Assembly (NCBI GenBank): GCA_016748015.1
Contig: JAAOMT010000198.1
Location: forward strand, 542,519-600,258
Source: Geosiphon pyriformis uo1
Taxonomy: Eukaryota > Fungi > Glomeromycota
Reading direction: 5' to 3'
DNA length: 57,740 bases
The first letter of the stretch is position 1; the number at the start of each line of letters is the position of its first letter. Below the pieces are notes generated by a model. It saw only the letters and a list, made by a program, of their open reading frames with translations, was not told the origin of the DNA and did no database searches. This document shows positions 36,319 to 48,603 of the stretch, piece by piece. The position numbers and the translations under genes were made by a program.

Positions 36319-36613
36319 CATCATAATCAAGAAAAATTAAAATCTCATCGTCGTAGTGTAAAACAAGAAACCCTTTTTCGAATCAAATACCCCATCATCT
36401 AAAATACAAATATTTCTGAAATTTTAAAAATACCAACAAACTCTATTTTTATTTTTATTTTTATTTTATTATTATTATTATTATTATAATTATAATTATT
36501 ATAGAAAAATACCCAAATTAAACTTGTTCAATATGAATTGCCTTTTCTTTTTTTAAATATATCTCTTGATTCTTCTTTAATTGTGTGTGATATCAAGTAT
36601 ATGGGTATATAAG

Positions 36614-37327
36614 TTAAACAGTAATTTCGCGAATACCATCCTTGTCGGAAACTTTGATTTTAAAATCTGCTAGATTCATAGTAAATCTCGTCTTTAATTC
36701 ATCAATACACTTCTTGATTAGAACTTTAGCCTCGTCGAGTGTTAGTTCCGGGTGATGATAACGGTCCATGATTGATAAGCAATAATACGCTCCATACCCA
36801 TGTGCCCCGAATGGTATTTCTACCGAGGAACCTAAATAATCAATCCAATAGAGTTGTGGTACTTCTGTTTTGACATTATACCCAGCTAAGAGAAGGTTCA
36901 CGGAATAAGGTTTCTAATTTTGAGAATTATTGAATTAAATAAAATAAAAAAGTTCATTGGATTTTATCAATTTTCAGCTAAATCTTAACTTTCAATTGGA
37001 ATAGATGACTAAACAATCCACCTGTTAGGTTAAAAAACTTACCCGACTTCTCAAGCTATTTGCCAACTCACGTCGAGTAAATTTGGACGCGGCTTCTGGA
37101 GTCAACTCGATCCCATTCTTGATTTCATAAAATCGTACATTTCGTTGAACATATTCCGCGAAATGAACGGTATCTCCAGGTTCTCCAGCATAAAGCATAA
37201 TGATATGTTTGTTCAAATTTCGCGATTTATCTTCCGTTTTCTTCATCACTGTAATGGAACGCGCGGCAGAAGTGTCAGTCGCGGTTAACACAAAGTCTTT
37301 ACCAACTATACCCAATAGACAATCCAT
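36614..37327 (-). CDS. PRE1: 20S proteasome subunit beta-4 (PSMB2 orthologue), 194 aa. Exons 37327-37043, 36913-36614
   Basis: MDCLLGIVGKDFV, GEPGDTVHFAEY, RRELANSLRSR|KPYSVNLLLAG, YWIDYLG, AHGYG, SIMDRY; GTAAGT..TAG intron. Confidence 0.97.
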
Positions 37328-38052
37328 TATGAAAAAGTAGGTTTTGAACACTTTTTTAATTTATAAGAAATTACAATGTCGCTAGTAACAAAAGTGATGG
37401 CGAAAAAAAGTGCATATCATGTGACTTCCGACACTACCCGTACCTTTATGGTTTTTTTACTAATGTTAAAAACATTAACACACATTCTTATTAAAGATGA
37501 AATTGTAAATGTAACAAATAAGCATTACATAAATTACAATTAATTAATTCTTAATAAAATCAAAATATTAGTTCTTGTTTTTAATTTAAAAACTTTGTAA
37601 CATAATGTAAATTTTTATAAAATATCAATTTTTTATAATATTTAACATTATATATATAATTTAAACTAAATTTTAAATTACCAAACAATATTTAATTGAT
37701 TTTTTTTATAATATTTACCATTATATATAATTTAATTTATACAAATTATATATATATAATTAAATCTTATAATTAAATAATATAATATTTTAATTATATA
37801 TTATTAAAAAATTTGTTAAAATATAAATAATTTAAATAAAATTTATATTTATTTTTTAAAATTAATAATATTAAAAACAATTTTTATTTTTATAATTATA
37901 ATTAAAACAAAAAATACACTATAATATTAAAAAAAACTTCTTTTTTTCCTTCATCCAAAATTCCCCAAAGAGCAATTTTTCAAATAAAAAGTTTTTGTTT
38001 TTTATCTTATTTGTTTTATTATCTTCAATATTTCTCAAGCTAATAATTCTTT

Positions 38053-39930
38053 GTGGTGGATCTGAAAGCTGCTTTGAGTAATAGTATGTCTAAGAAAAAG
38101 GCTCCAAAAAATGCCTTTTATAATCCTGTTGGTAGTACTTTCTCTCAAAAGAAGAAGATTTCTGTTGGCAATATTAAATACTTCAGTAATAAAAAAAAAA
38201 TTTCTCTGACCAAATCTGGTATCAATAATAGTATGTATTTGGATATAAATAGTAAACTTAGTAACAATAAACTTAGTAGTACTATGATGGGTTCAAGTAG
38301 TGGTTTTTTTTTTAGTTTAGCTGTAACAACTTCCAAAGCTAAGAGAATTAATAATGATTTGATTAGTGGTTCTCCTATTGGTACTATTGATTTTAAAATG
38401 AATAAGAATATAGTTAATCTCCTCTCTTCTCTTAATATCTCTCTTGACAAAAGGTAAATTGATTCTAAAGTAGTGAAAACTCAAATTAAAGTGCTCATCA
38501 GAAGATCTTTTGCTTTAAATATTAATTTTTTAGCTGTGAAAAAGAAATCAATAACAGTAAAAACTCAGTTTATTAGAAAAAATTTTTCAGTTGTCAATGG
38601 TTTTGGGAGAACCACCACCTTCTCAAAATTTAAAAAAATCATCAGATCTATCTTTACTTTAAAGATCAGCATGAAGAAGATCACTTTATTGGCCAAAAAA
38701 AATGGGATTATTGCAAATATTAATGTCAAAAAACAAAAAATGCATTCAGATTGGACTGTGGTCATCAAAAAAATTTTCATGAATATGCCTAAGGAAATGA
38801 TCATTATTGCAGTATCTAAATTTGGTAAAATTAAGTCAATCAAAATTCAATTGATTGGAATATGACAGAAGACTATAATGGAATTTGCCAAATTGGGTCA
38901 GATTGAACAATTGGCTGCTAAATAGTCTTTCTTAATTGGAAAAAATTCAGTGTGTATGACCATGGCTGTGGAAAATCATGATACCTGGACATCAAAAGAT
39001 TAGTTCAGGGCTTTGTTGTTTACTTTGCTTATAAGAATAACTGCTCATAATTTGAACACTCTTTTAGAAGAGATTGGTGAAAAAACTTGTATCATTAATT
39101 GATCATTAGATACTGGCAATAGAATCCGCTGTATTATAGTGGACTTTGAATTAAAAAATAATATAAAGTCTGCATATTGCACTAAGCTAATCTTAGGTGG
39201 TGTTAAATTCTTTTGAACAAGATTAGGTTTAGTTTGGTGTAAAAAGTGTGTAAAGTTTGGTCATTCTGTTTTAGAGTGTGATACAACAAATGTGTCTATT
39301 TCTACAGTCCCAAAATTATTTAAGAGATCTAATTCTGAGGTAAATTGCCTTCAATTGGCCAAGCTGTACACTAAAAAAAGTGTTTTTATTGCTTGTTCTG
39401 TGGTCTTTGGTGGTAAATCTTGGGCCCAAGTAGTCTTACTTGCTGCATTTTCTAGAGATAATTCCTATTTGGTTTCTGGTTCTGGTTCTCATTTTTTTAG
39501 TTCTTTAAGTGTTAAGGAGCATTCATTGGTTGTGCAAGATAACTTTTCTGTTGTTAATCATCTGGTTTTCTTGGAGTGCTTATTAGAACTTTTGGCTAAT
39601 CAAGTGTCAAGTATAGTGCATAGATTGAATGATATGAAGCTGGTACTCTTGGCACTAGTATTCAATTTCATAGTCCCAATTATTTTTGTCTCAATATCAT
39701 CAGTGCCAAATTTGGATATAATTATGAATAATACATTGTTGACACCCATTCCTCTTCTTTTAGTTGTTAATAATATCATTTTTAATCTTGATTTAAGTAG
39801 TTTAAAAGTCTTTACCACCAAGATGGATGGTTTGGGATTAAAAATGGTGGCTTTGGAGGTGTCAGTTAACTTGGTTTTGGAGAAGTTAGATCAGTTGTGC
39901 TCTGGTGTAAGTTTTTCAGTTTTTCTTTGA
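38053..39930 (+). pseudogene. LINE ORF1 (RRM-RRM-CCHC)
   Basis: VVIKKIFMNMPKE..SKFGKIKSIKIQLIG, CCHC at ~39238-39279, GKSWAQV. Many stops. Confidence 0.8.
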
Positions 39931-40088
39931 TCTTAATAATAGATTTAATTTGGAAGTTTGCTATATACAATATTAGAAACATCAATGTTTCTGCAAAACA
40001 AAGAGACATTGTTTGTTGACATAAAGATTCAGATAACTTGGTTTCTATTGTTACTGAAACAAAATTGAGGTTAAATATTAGACTGTGG

Positions 40089-41045
40089 TGTTACCAGAGG
40101 TTTTTGGTCTCTTTTCTTAAATGTTGTTGATGCCTGTTTGTTGTGAATTCACGTTTTCTGGATGTGGTTGAACCTCCAATAACTGAATTTATCTTCAAAT
40201 TATCTTCTATAATTTGAACTGCTGGGCTTATAAGTGGAATGGCCAATTTCTTGCCAGTTACTTTATGTAGTTACATTGTAGTAAATGTCAACTCTTTCCC
40301 AGGAATTGCTCATCTAGAAGCTCACTAAAATGTATAGTTACTTTGCTGTGAAAGTCAACTCTTCTACAGGAATCTTGTCTGTAGACTACCCTAATGATTG
40401 TAATAAGAAAAGAAAAGAAAAATAAAAGAAATGTAAAAGAAATAGAATTTTGTTAAGAGAAACGTTTTCTATCCAGGCCTGGAGTTACTAANNNNNNNNN
40501 NNNNNNNNNNNNNNNNNNNNNNNNNNNNNNNNNNNNNNNNNNNNNNNNNNNNNNNNNNNNNNNNNNNNNNNNNNNNNNNNNNNNNNNNNNNNNNNNNNNN
40601 NNNNNNNNNNNNNNNNNNNNNNNNNNNNNNNNNNNNNNNNNNNNNNNNNNNNNNNNNNNNNNNNNNNNNNNNNNNNNNNNNNNNNNNNNNNNNNNNNNNN
40701 NNNNNNNNNNNNNNNNNNNNNNNNNNNNNNNNNNNNNNNNNNNNNNNNNNNNNNNNNNNNNNNNNNNNNNNNNNNNNNNNNNNNNNNNNNNNNNNNNNNN
40801 NNNNNNNNNNNNNNNNNNNNNNNNNNNNNNNNNNNNNNNNNNNNNNNNNNNNNNNNNNNNNNNNNNNNNNNNNNNNNNNNNNNNNNNNNNNNNNNNNNNN
40901 NNNNNNNNNNNNNNNNNNNNNNNNNNNNNNNNNNNNNNNNNNNNNNNNNNNNNNNNNNNNNNNNNNNNNNNNNNNNNNNNNNNNNNNNNNNNNNNNNNNN
41001 NNNNNNNNNNNNNNNNNNNNNNNNNNNNNNNNNNNNNNNNNNNNN
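40089..41045 (-). repeat. 3' LTR of Gypsy D (partly within the assembly gap)
   Basis: 40089-40491 matches 48604-49006 with 8 transitions. Confidence 0.88.
40492..41045. other. Assembly gap (N run)
   Basis: 554 N; hides the rest of the LTR, the PPT and the end of ORF3. Confidence 1.
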
Positions 41046-41550
41046 TATTAAACAAGTCATAGAGTCTAAGAGCTGCTCTAAGTCTGTAGCGAGTGTTTGT
41101 TGGTCCAGCTGCTGTTTTGAATTCATTGTGGATTTGTTTTTATATAACTTCAGGAGTGAGATTTGTTGCTTCAAGTTCTAGTTTTCGTTCATAAAGTGTT
41201 TTTCCAATTTGAAAGTATTTATAGATAGGGGTGTGTTCATTGTTCTGTTCATTAAGAAGTAGTAGAAGTTTTTGTTGCATTGTAGCATTTGGTGGAATGT
41301 CAATAGGGGCAATTAAAAGATTTTCTTCTAGTGCCTGCTTCAAAAATCTTGGTAATCTATTCTCAGAATGACTTCTTGTTTTTCTTCTATAGGAGTGATA
41401 GTTCTGTAAATGATTTGCTACTGGGGCTGTGGTTTCTTTCTGAATGTAATTAATTTGACTTCCATTAATCGTTATAGATAAGTTAGGGAGTGTTTTCAAG
41501 GCTAACATTAATTTTTGGGATATTTGTTGAATATTTCGGGAAATAATCAT
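41046..41550 (-). pseudogene. Gypsy D ORF3 (uncharacterised; disrupted, runs into the gap)
   Basis: ATG 41550 after the integrase stop; YKYFQIGKTLYE loosely resembles LELYGHLGKIIE of the A/C ORF3. Confidence 0.6.
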
Positions 41551-41692
41551 GATAAAATTGACTAATTATGAAAAGAGAGAATAAAAAAAATGATTTTTGG
41601 ATATGGGGTTTTTATTTGTTTTTGGGTTTGGGTGTTTTGTAATTATTTACTATTTTTGTCTTTGTGTTTTTATTAAAGAATTATTGTAAAAT

Positions 41693-43078
41693 TTAAGTGT
41701 TCAAGTTTGGTTGTTGTTCTATTATAATTATTGGTTCTAAATTTCGAGAAATATCTTCAGGATTAATTAAAAGAGAATGTGTACCAATTTGTGGAATTAA
41801 TGGTTCAGAATTGTTTCTGGAATGATAGTGTTTTAATCTGTCTCCATGTGCAACTTTTGCTAATATTTTGTCATCAAGTCTTAACTTATATGATCCATTG
41901 CCTAGAATTTCGTAAATATAAAATGGTCCATCCCATTTGTTTTCAAATTTCCCACTCCATTGTTTTTCAGCCTTAGTTCTGTGTAAGAGAACTTTATTTT
42001 CAACTTTAAATTCATTAGTAATAGGTGGTAATTTGTTGTCATGTCTTTCTTTTTGTTGAGCTTGGGAATGTTTAATATGAGTTGCTGTTATTCTTTTTTT
42101 TTCTTCCAGTGTACTAAAAAGAGTGTAGGCTCTTTTTTGGAGTGTTTCTTGAAAGTTTTCTTTATTGATTGGTTGTACTGGGTATGTTTCCACTGTGAAA
42201 TTAATTGGTAATGTTGCTGTCCTTCTATAAGTAAGATCAAATAGTGTATGTTTTATAATATCTTGTTTTAGTGTTCTGTATGCTAGTAACACTGATGGAA
42301 TAAAGATATCCCATTCCTGCTCAAAGTCTGTTGAGACTTTGGCTAGAGATTCACACAATGTTCTGTTGAAATGTTCTACAAGTCCATTTGTTTGAGAGTG
42401 ATAAGATGATAATAGAGGTTTTTTGATATTGAACTATTTACAAATTTCTTGTATCAAGTTGTTCACAAAATGTGTTCCTTGATCAGATAAGAGTTCAATT
42501 GGGCATTCATATCTACAGATAATGTCTTCATAGATGAAATTTGCTACTGATTTTGCATCTGCTCTTTGGATGACTCTAGCTTTAGACCATTTGGTAAGAT
42601 AATCCACTACAACTGCAATATAACAATTTCCTTGGGTTGTGATAGGTAATGGTCCAACTAAATCAATTCCAACTTTGTCAAAAAGTTGTCCAACTTTGAT
42701 TAGATTTAAAGGTTCTGTGGGGCAAGTTCCTTCTCTTTTTTAACAATTATCACAAGATTCTACATATTGTCGAATGTCTTTTTGCATGTGAGGCCAAAAA
42801 TAATGTTCAAGAATTCTTTGAATTGTTCACTCTTTTCCCAAGTGTGCTGAAAACGGATCTGTGTCCATGTTGTATAAAATTGTTTCTTTTTCATTCTCTT
42901 GTACTAATCTGAGTAGCTGGTTTGGTTTTCTGTGATTTTTATAATAAATTTTGTTCTGGTGTATGAAATATTGTTTTGATTGGTGTTGTAAGCAGTGTTT
43001 TTTACTTGGAGACCAGTTTTCTGGCATGGTAAGAGTCTCCAAATAATTTTTAAGATTGCTGTAGTTTCTGGGATCCAT
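41693..43078 (-). pseudogene. Gypsy D integrase (separate ORF with own ATG)
   Basis: MDPRNYSNLKNYL start; AHLGKE zinc domain; GIDLVGPL, DYLTKW, SDQG, NGLVE; KWDGPFY..HGDRLKHY. No chromodomain. Confidence 0.9.
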
Positions 43079-43136
43079 TCTTGTTTGGTTATTTTTGTTG
43101 GTAAGTTGGTAAGTTGTAGTGGAATTGTTGTTGGTA

Positions 43137-46100
43137 TTAATCTTGTCTCATTTTTGAGAGGCTATCAACATTGGTATGTAGTTTTTCTGATTTGTGGTGT
43201 ACAATATATTTGTAGTCTGCTAGGAAGTCATTCCATCGAAACTATTTGGCACTTTGTTCAGTTTTCTTTTTATTGAGCCATTTGAGACCAATGTTGTCTG
43301 TTATTATGTCAAATTTTTTTCCATTCTTCAGATATTGTTGAAAATGTTTAAGAGCCCAAATAACTGCAGCAGCTTCTAATTCAGTTGAGCCATATTTGAG
43401 TTTTGTTGGCTTGAGTGTTTTGCTGGCATAGGCAATAACTTGTTCTTGGCCATTTTCATCCAATTGTGATAAGATGGCACCAAATGCTATGTGTGAGGCA
43501 TCAGTGGCTAATTGGAATCATTTGTTGAAGTCTGGGTAAGCAAGAACTGGGGCTGTTGTCAATTTTGTTTTGAGAATTTCAAAAGCTTTTTGTTGTTCTT
43601 CAGTCCATTTGTATGGTACATTTTTGTTGATAAGATAATTGAGTGGTTTGGCAATTTCTGAGAATCTTTTTATGAATTTTTGATAATAAGAAGCTAATTC
43701 CACAAATCCTCTTAGTTCTGTAGTATTTCTGGAGGTTTGAAAGTTTTTGACAGCACTGATTGTTCCTGGATTTGGTTTGATTCCATTTTTACTAACTATG
43801 TATCCAAGAAAGATCAAGCTTGTTTTTCCAAAGTGATATTTCTCAATATTTAACTTTAATCCTGCTTTCCATAATTGTTGAAAAACTTCTCACAGGTAAA
43901 TAAAATAGGCTTCAAAGCTTGGTGAATATACATTAGTATCATTAAAATAAACAACTACTGATTGCCATAAAAGTCCTTCATAGACAACATCCATGAGTCA
44001 CTGAAATGTTGCTGGTACATTGCAGAGTCCAAAAGACATAACATTAAACTCATAATTTCCTCCTTGAGTGGTGAATACTGTTTTGGGTCTATCTTTTGGG
44101 TCCATTTCGACTTGCTAATATTCACTTTCCAGGTCTAAAGTTGAAAAGAACTTGGCTTTTCCTAGAGCATCTAGCATGTCATCAATTCTTGGAAGAGAGT
44201 AGGCATCTCCAATTGTAACACTATTCAGTTGTCTATAATCAACACAGAATCTGATTTTTCCATTTTTCTTTTTAACTAAAACTACTGATAAGGCCCAAGG
44301 ACTTCTTGATGGTTGAATCAATCCGTTATTGAGCATTCTTTGAACCTCTTCTTTGATGAATTGGTGGCTGGCAGGTGGCACTCGATAAGCTTGTTGACAT
44401 TTTAGTAGAGCATTTCCTGTATGGATCTGATGTTGAACAATGTCTGTTTTTCCCAAGTCATTGTTGTCTTTTGCAAATATATCTGCAAATTCAGCTATCA
44501 ATTGTTTCAATTGTTTTTGTTGTTGAGATTCTAAGGGACCTATATTGATTCGAGAGAGTTTTTCTTTTAATAAGTGATAGTTTTCAGTAATAGGAATGAT
44601 ATTTGGATTTGGGAGTAAAATGTGCTTTACAATTTCAATGAAATTAGAGACAATTTGAGGGTTTTCATCTTGAAAGATATTGCTGTGTATGATTCCAATT
44701 TTGTGATGTTCTCCAAAAGGTGAAATGGTAATTGGCTAAAGAAGTTGAAGAATCTGGTAAGATTCATTTTGTGTATTAAAAACTATGTTTACTGGGACTG
44801 TAAATCGTCCAGTTGAACCAAAACCTTGAGTTCCTCTTTCACTTTTTCCCAATTGTTCTCTGTTGTTTACTGATTGTAAACCCGAAATGTTGATTAAGGG
44901 TAAGTAAATTGCTTGAGCAATTTTTTCAGCATGTTCAATTTTGAATGGTTTGTCTGTCTTATTCTGTAATATAATGGTAATGTCTCCAGTGTATTCTGCA
45001 TCTATAACTCCTCCTCTAATATTGATTTTTTTGCTTGCCAATGATGATCTGGAGACAATTTGAACCATTGCTCCTGGTAGAATTTCAAGAGCAATTTTGA
45101 GATTGATTTTTGTCAAAGACTTTGGTTGGAGAATCAAAGTATCTTTTCCTAGATATCTTAGGTCATATCCAGCATCAATTTCGTGTGCTTTTTCTGGTCT
45201 GATTTCTTGGCCATGGTTGTTAAAATATTTAAGTTGTAGAGGTGGTTGCTTTTCAAGAAGATAGATGGAAGTGATTGGTAGTTTTTCTACTAGTTCAAAT
45301 ACTCCAAATTCGATTTCATTTTCATCATTCTCATCTGGCAGAGGAATGCTAAGAGCATAACATTCTAAACATCATTGTTTATTACAAGACATAACACATT
45401 CTTCGCACAATTGAATGTTCATTTGCTCTAATTGTTGAATTTGAGCTTCTTTGGTCGGATATGTGTGGCTTGCAATTTGGTGGTAGATTTCTACTTCATC
45501 TTCATAATCAAATCCAGCTAATTCTATAGTATACTCAATAAATTCAGCTTTTTTTATTTGGTGGACATCTTCTTGGGTGGCTCCATTAATTAATGCCATT
45601 GCTAAGTCAAAAATCATTTCAGTATCATGAGGGTAGTGGTAAAGTTTATTGAGAGCACTGTTGTATGCTGCATCAAATGGTGTTTCTCTTCTGACTTTTT
45701 CCGAAATTGATAGAGCATATTGACAGGTTTGATCATGTCAATCCAATTGCATTTTTCTGGTAGCATTTCTTCACATGTAAGGCAAGGTGTGTTGTCCCAT
45801 TTTCCACTTCTTTTTGGAAATCCAAATCGTTCTTTATGGCATGCTTTGCAAAAGTAATAGATACGAGTTTCATATTCCTCTTCTGGAGAAATACATGCTC
45901 CCATTGATGAAAGTTTTTTGTTGTAATCTTTGTATTTGAGTGGAATATAGGATGGTTGTTTCCATGGTTCTGGTGTAGAATATCTAACTTTCTTCCATCT
46001 CCTTGATTCTTCAAAAATCTCTTGTTCGGTTTCTTCAGCCCAATTGGATGTTGATCCAAGAGCCATGTAGGTTTTAGTAAGTGGCATTTTTTTCTCCTTT

Positions 46101-48558
46101 TCAAATTCAAATACTGGAGCTTTTTCTGATCGTTTGTTAAAAGTACCACAGGTTGCAGGTACTATGGTATATTGTTTTTGGTATGAGATTTTAAGTTCTT
46201 GAGTTTCTCAGTTCAGGTTTGCATTGGCCTTGAGAAGCCAATCATTTCCAACTAGAGCTTGGTATTGGGGTGCATCCATAACAAGAACTTTAACTGGAAT
46301 GGTGATTCCATCAATTGAAAAAGGGAAATCATCAATTTTTCCTACTGGAGTCTTCTTCATACCATCAGCTGTGACAATAACTGTTTGAGCTGGTCTGTCT
46401 ATGTTTCATTTGAGTTGTTGTATCAGCTGGTAATTGATGATACTTCCAGCTGATCTACTATCTAAGATTAAGCAAATAGGTTTTCCTTCTACTGTAGCTT
46501 CTGTGTACATAGCAGTAATTACTTTCTGTTCATTAACTGCTGCATTACTAAGCAGAAATGGTGATTCATTTGCTTCAAATTCAAATGGAAATATATCTGA
46601 CCGATTAGCATTTTGGGCAATTTGAGTTGGTGAGATGGTGTGGTTGGAAGAGTTTGATCTTAGTGCTGTAACTTTATCTTCAGAAAGTGCAGTTTGTTGA
46701 AAATCTGATTCCTCTGGTATTGTAAGATAACTGGGTTGAGTGTGATAGTGATTGGGTCTTTGTTGACCCGAATTTTGGGAAACCAACTGGTTATTTGAAT
46801 TGATTCTGTTGTGGTTATTCTGCAATTGATTTTGGGGTGTAAATTGGTTATGTTGAACCAATCTTCTTGCTGATACTTGATATTGTTGAGTGAGTGGTGT
46901 CTGATATGGCTGAATTGGTAAAAGTTGCTAATATTGTTGCTGCATTGATTGTGGAGCTGGTGGATAGTAGTTTTGATTTTGTGGTCTTGGTGAATAATAG
47001 GTTAGTGGTGGAGATTGGTAATAGGATTGTTGTGGTGAAGAGTAATGTTGAGTACTCCTGTTTTGTTGGTCTCTTTGTAATTTCCTACAATCTTGTTTCC
47101 AGTGTTCTGGAATTCCACAATAATAACAATTTTTAGATTGGTTGTTGGATGGTAATCCAAAATTGTTTTGGTTGCATCATTGTGGTGATTGATATCTTTG
47201 TGGTTGTTGCTGCTGTTGTTGTTGGTTTGTAAAATAGCTTTCAACTTTCTTTGTAAGTTGGTCTATCTTTTCTTCAGCTGCTGAGCTGGTTTCTCCAATT
47301 GCAAAGTTTACAAGCTTGGTGTGATTTGCTTCTTTCATTGCCATTTCATAGCTCTTTGCATGTCTAATAGCAGTTGCTAAGTCTGCTGGAGCATATGAAC
47401 AGACTTTCTTAATCAGTTTGTCTTTTAATCCTGCTATAAATTGATCCAGAATTTGAGCATCAGAATAGTAGTTATTGGTTTCCAATTGTTGGATTTGTCT
47501 AAGAAGTTTGTTAAATCTTTCAAGATAAGTTATAACAGATTCAGATGTTTCTTGTTTGATATTGTGAAAGTGGTTTCTGAGAGTGATAGAGGTATTGTTG
47601 TTGGTGAATTGTTGTAAAAAAGCATCTTTGAATGCTTGCCAGTTTTCAAATAGTTTTTCTAAATTTTCAAACCATTCTTCTGCTGTTCCTTAGAGAAAGT
47701 AGGAAATTGCTTTGAGCATTCTTGCTGCAATCCAACCATTTGCATCTCCTGCTTTTTGAACCTTGTTAAGCCATTCTTGAGGACTGGTATTATTGTTTTT
47801 ACCAGTAAATTCTGGGATTTTTGCAATATAAGCAGTTGTCATTTCTTCTTTGTTTTCTGTAATTTCTTCTGGTTCTGATTCAGTTTCTTCACTTTTCAAG
47901 CTTTCTGAGTAATTACTTTCGTTTTCTTGTAAGTAATCAATGATATTGGCACCTGTTGATATTGGTTCCTGCTGTTGAGTAGGATTTCTAGGTGACTGAA
48001 AATCTTCTGGTCTGGAGAAACGGCTAAGTGGTAAACTTGGTGTTTGTGGTTGAACAAATGAAATTGGAAATGGTGTAATAAAAAGTGGTAATTTGACACT
48101 GGTTTCTTGTTCTGGTGTTTGCAAGTGTTTGGCAGTTGTCTTTTGTAGTGTTGGAGTGTTTGGAGTGGTTCTTGAGTATTGCTTCAATCTTTGTTTGCCT
48201 TTGTTGCTTGTTTTTGTCTCTGATTCAAAGTCAAAGTGTATTTAGACTGTACTGGATATTTTTCTTCACAATACTCAATAATGTTAAAATTAATTTTTTG
48301 GAAGTAGGTAGCAAGTGTTTCACTGTTCAAGTCTTCTGTTCCCAATTGTGAATAGTGTACTAAATTATTGTAGAGGTTGTTTCTAACTTCTGAAATGTTG
48401 TAGTTTCCAAAAAAATAATTGTTGATGCGGTTTTCAATGTATTGGTATACTGATTTCTTTACAACTTCAATTCCGTCTGGAATGTTGAATCTTTGCTTGC
48501 AGTGGGTGTAAATTGACTGATAATACTCTAGAGTTGCTGTGTCTGGTGTGGTCACCAC
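43137..48558 (-). pseudogene. Gypsy D Gag-protease-(Cys-rich)-dUTPase-RT-RNase H
   Basis: IAKIPEFTG..PQEWL capsid, CCHC, LILDSRS protease, SPWALSVVLVKKK, FCVDYR, IAYASK, ELEAAAV. Ends DSLSKMRQD-TAA (43139-43137). Confidence 0.9.
44808..45240 (-). other. dUTPase domain within Gypsy D pol
   Basis: All five trimeric-dUTPase motifs: AGYDL, RSSLA, GVIDAEYTG, IAQ, RGTQGFGSTG. Confidence 0.95.
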
Positions 48559-48583
48559 TTTGAATTTGTTGTTGCTGTGTTAT

Positions 48584-48601
48584 TTCCGTGGGAGAGCACC
48601 A
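48584..48601 (-). promoter_or_regulatory. Primer-binding site of Gypsy D
   Basis: TGGTGCTCTCCCACGGAA, 2 nt after the 5' LTR. Confidence 0.8.
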
Positions 48602-48603
48602 AA

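Noticed and set aside
40453-41174. Long ORFs in the track spanning X residues
   Set aside because: Produced by the N gap.
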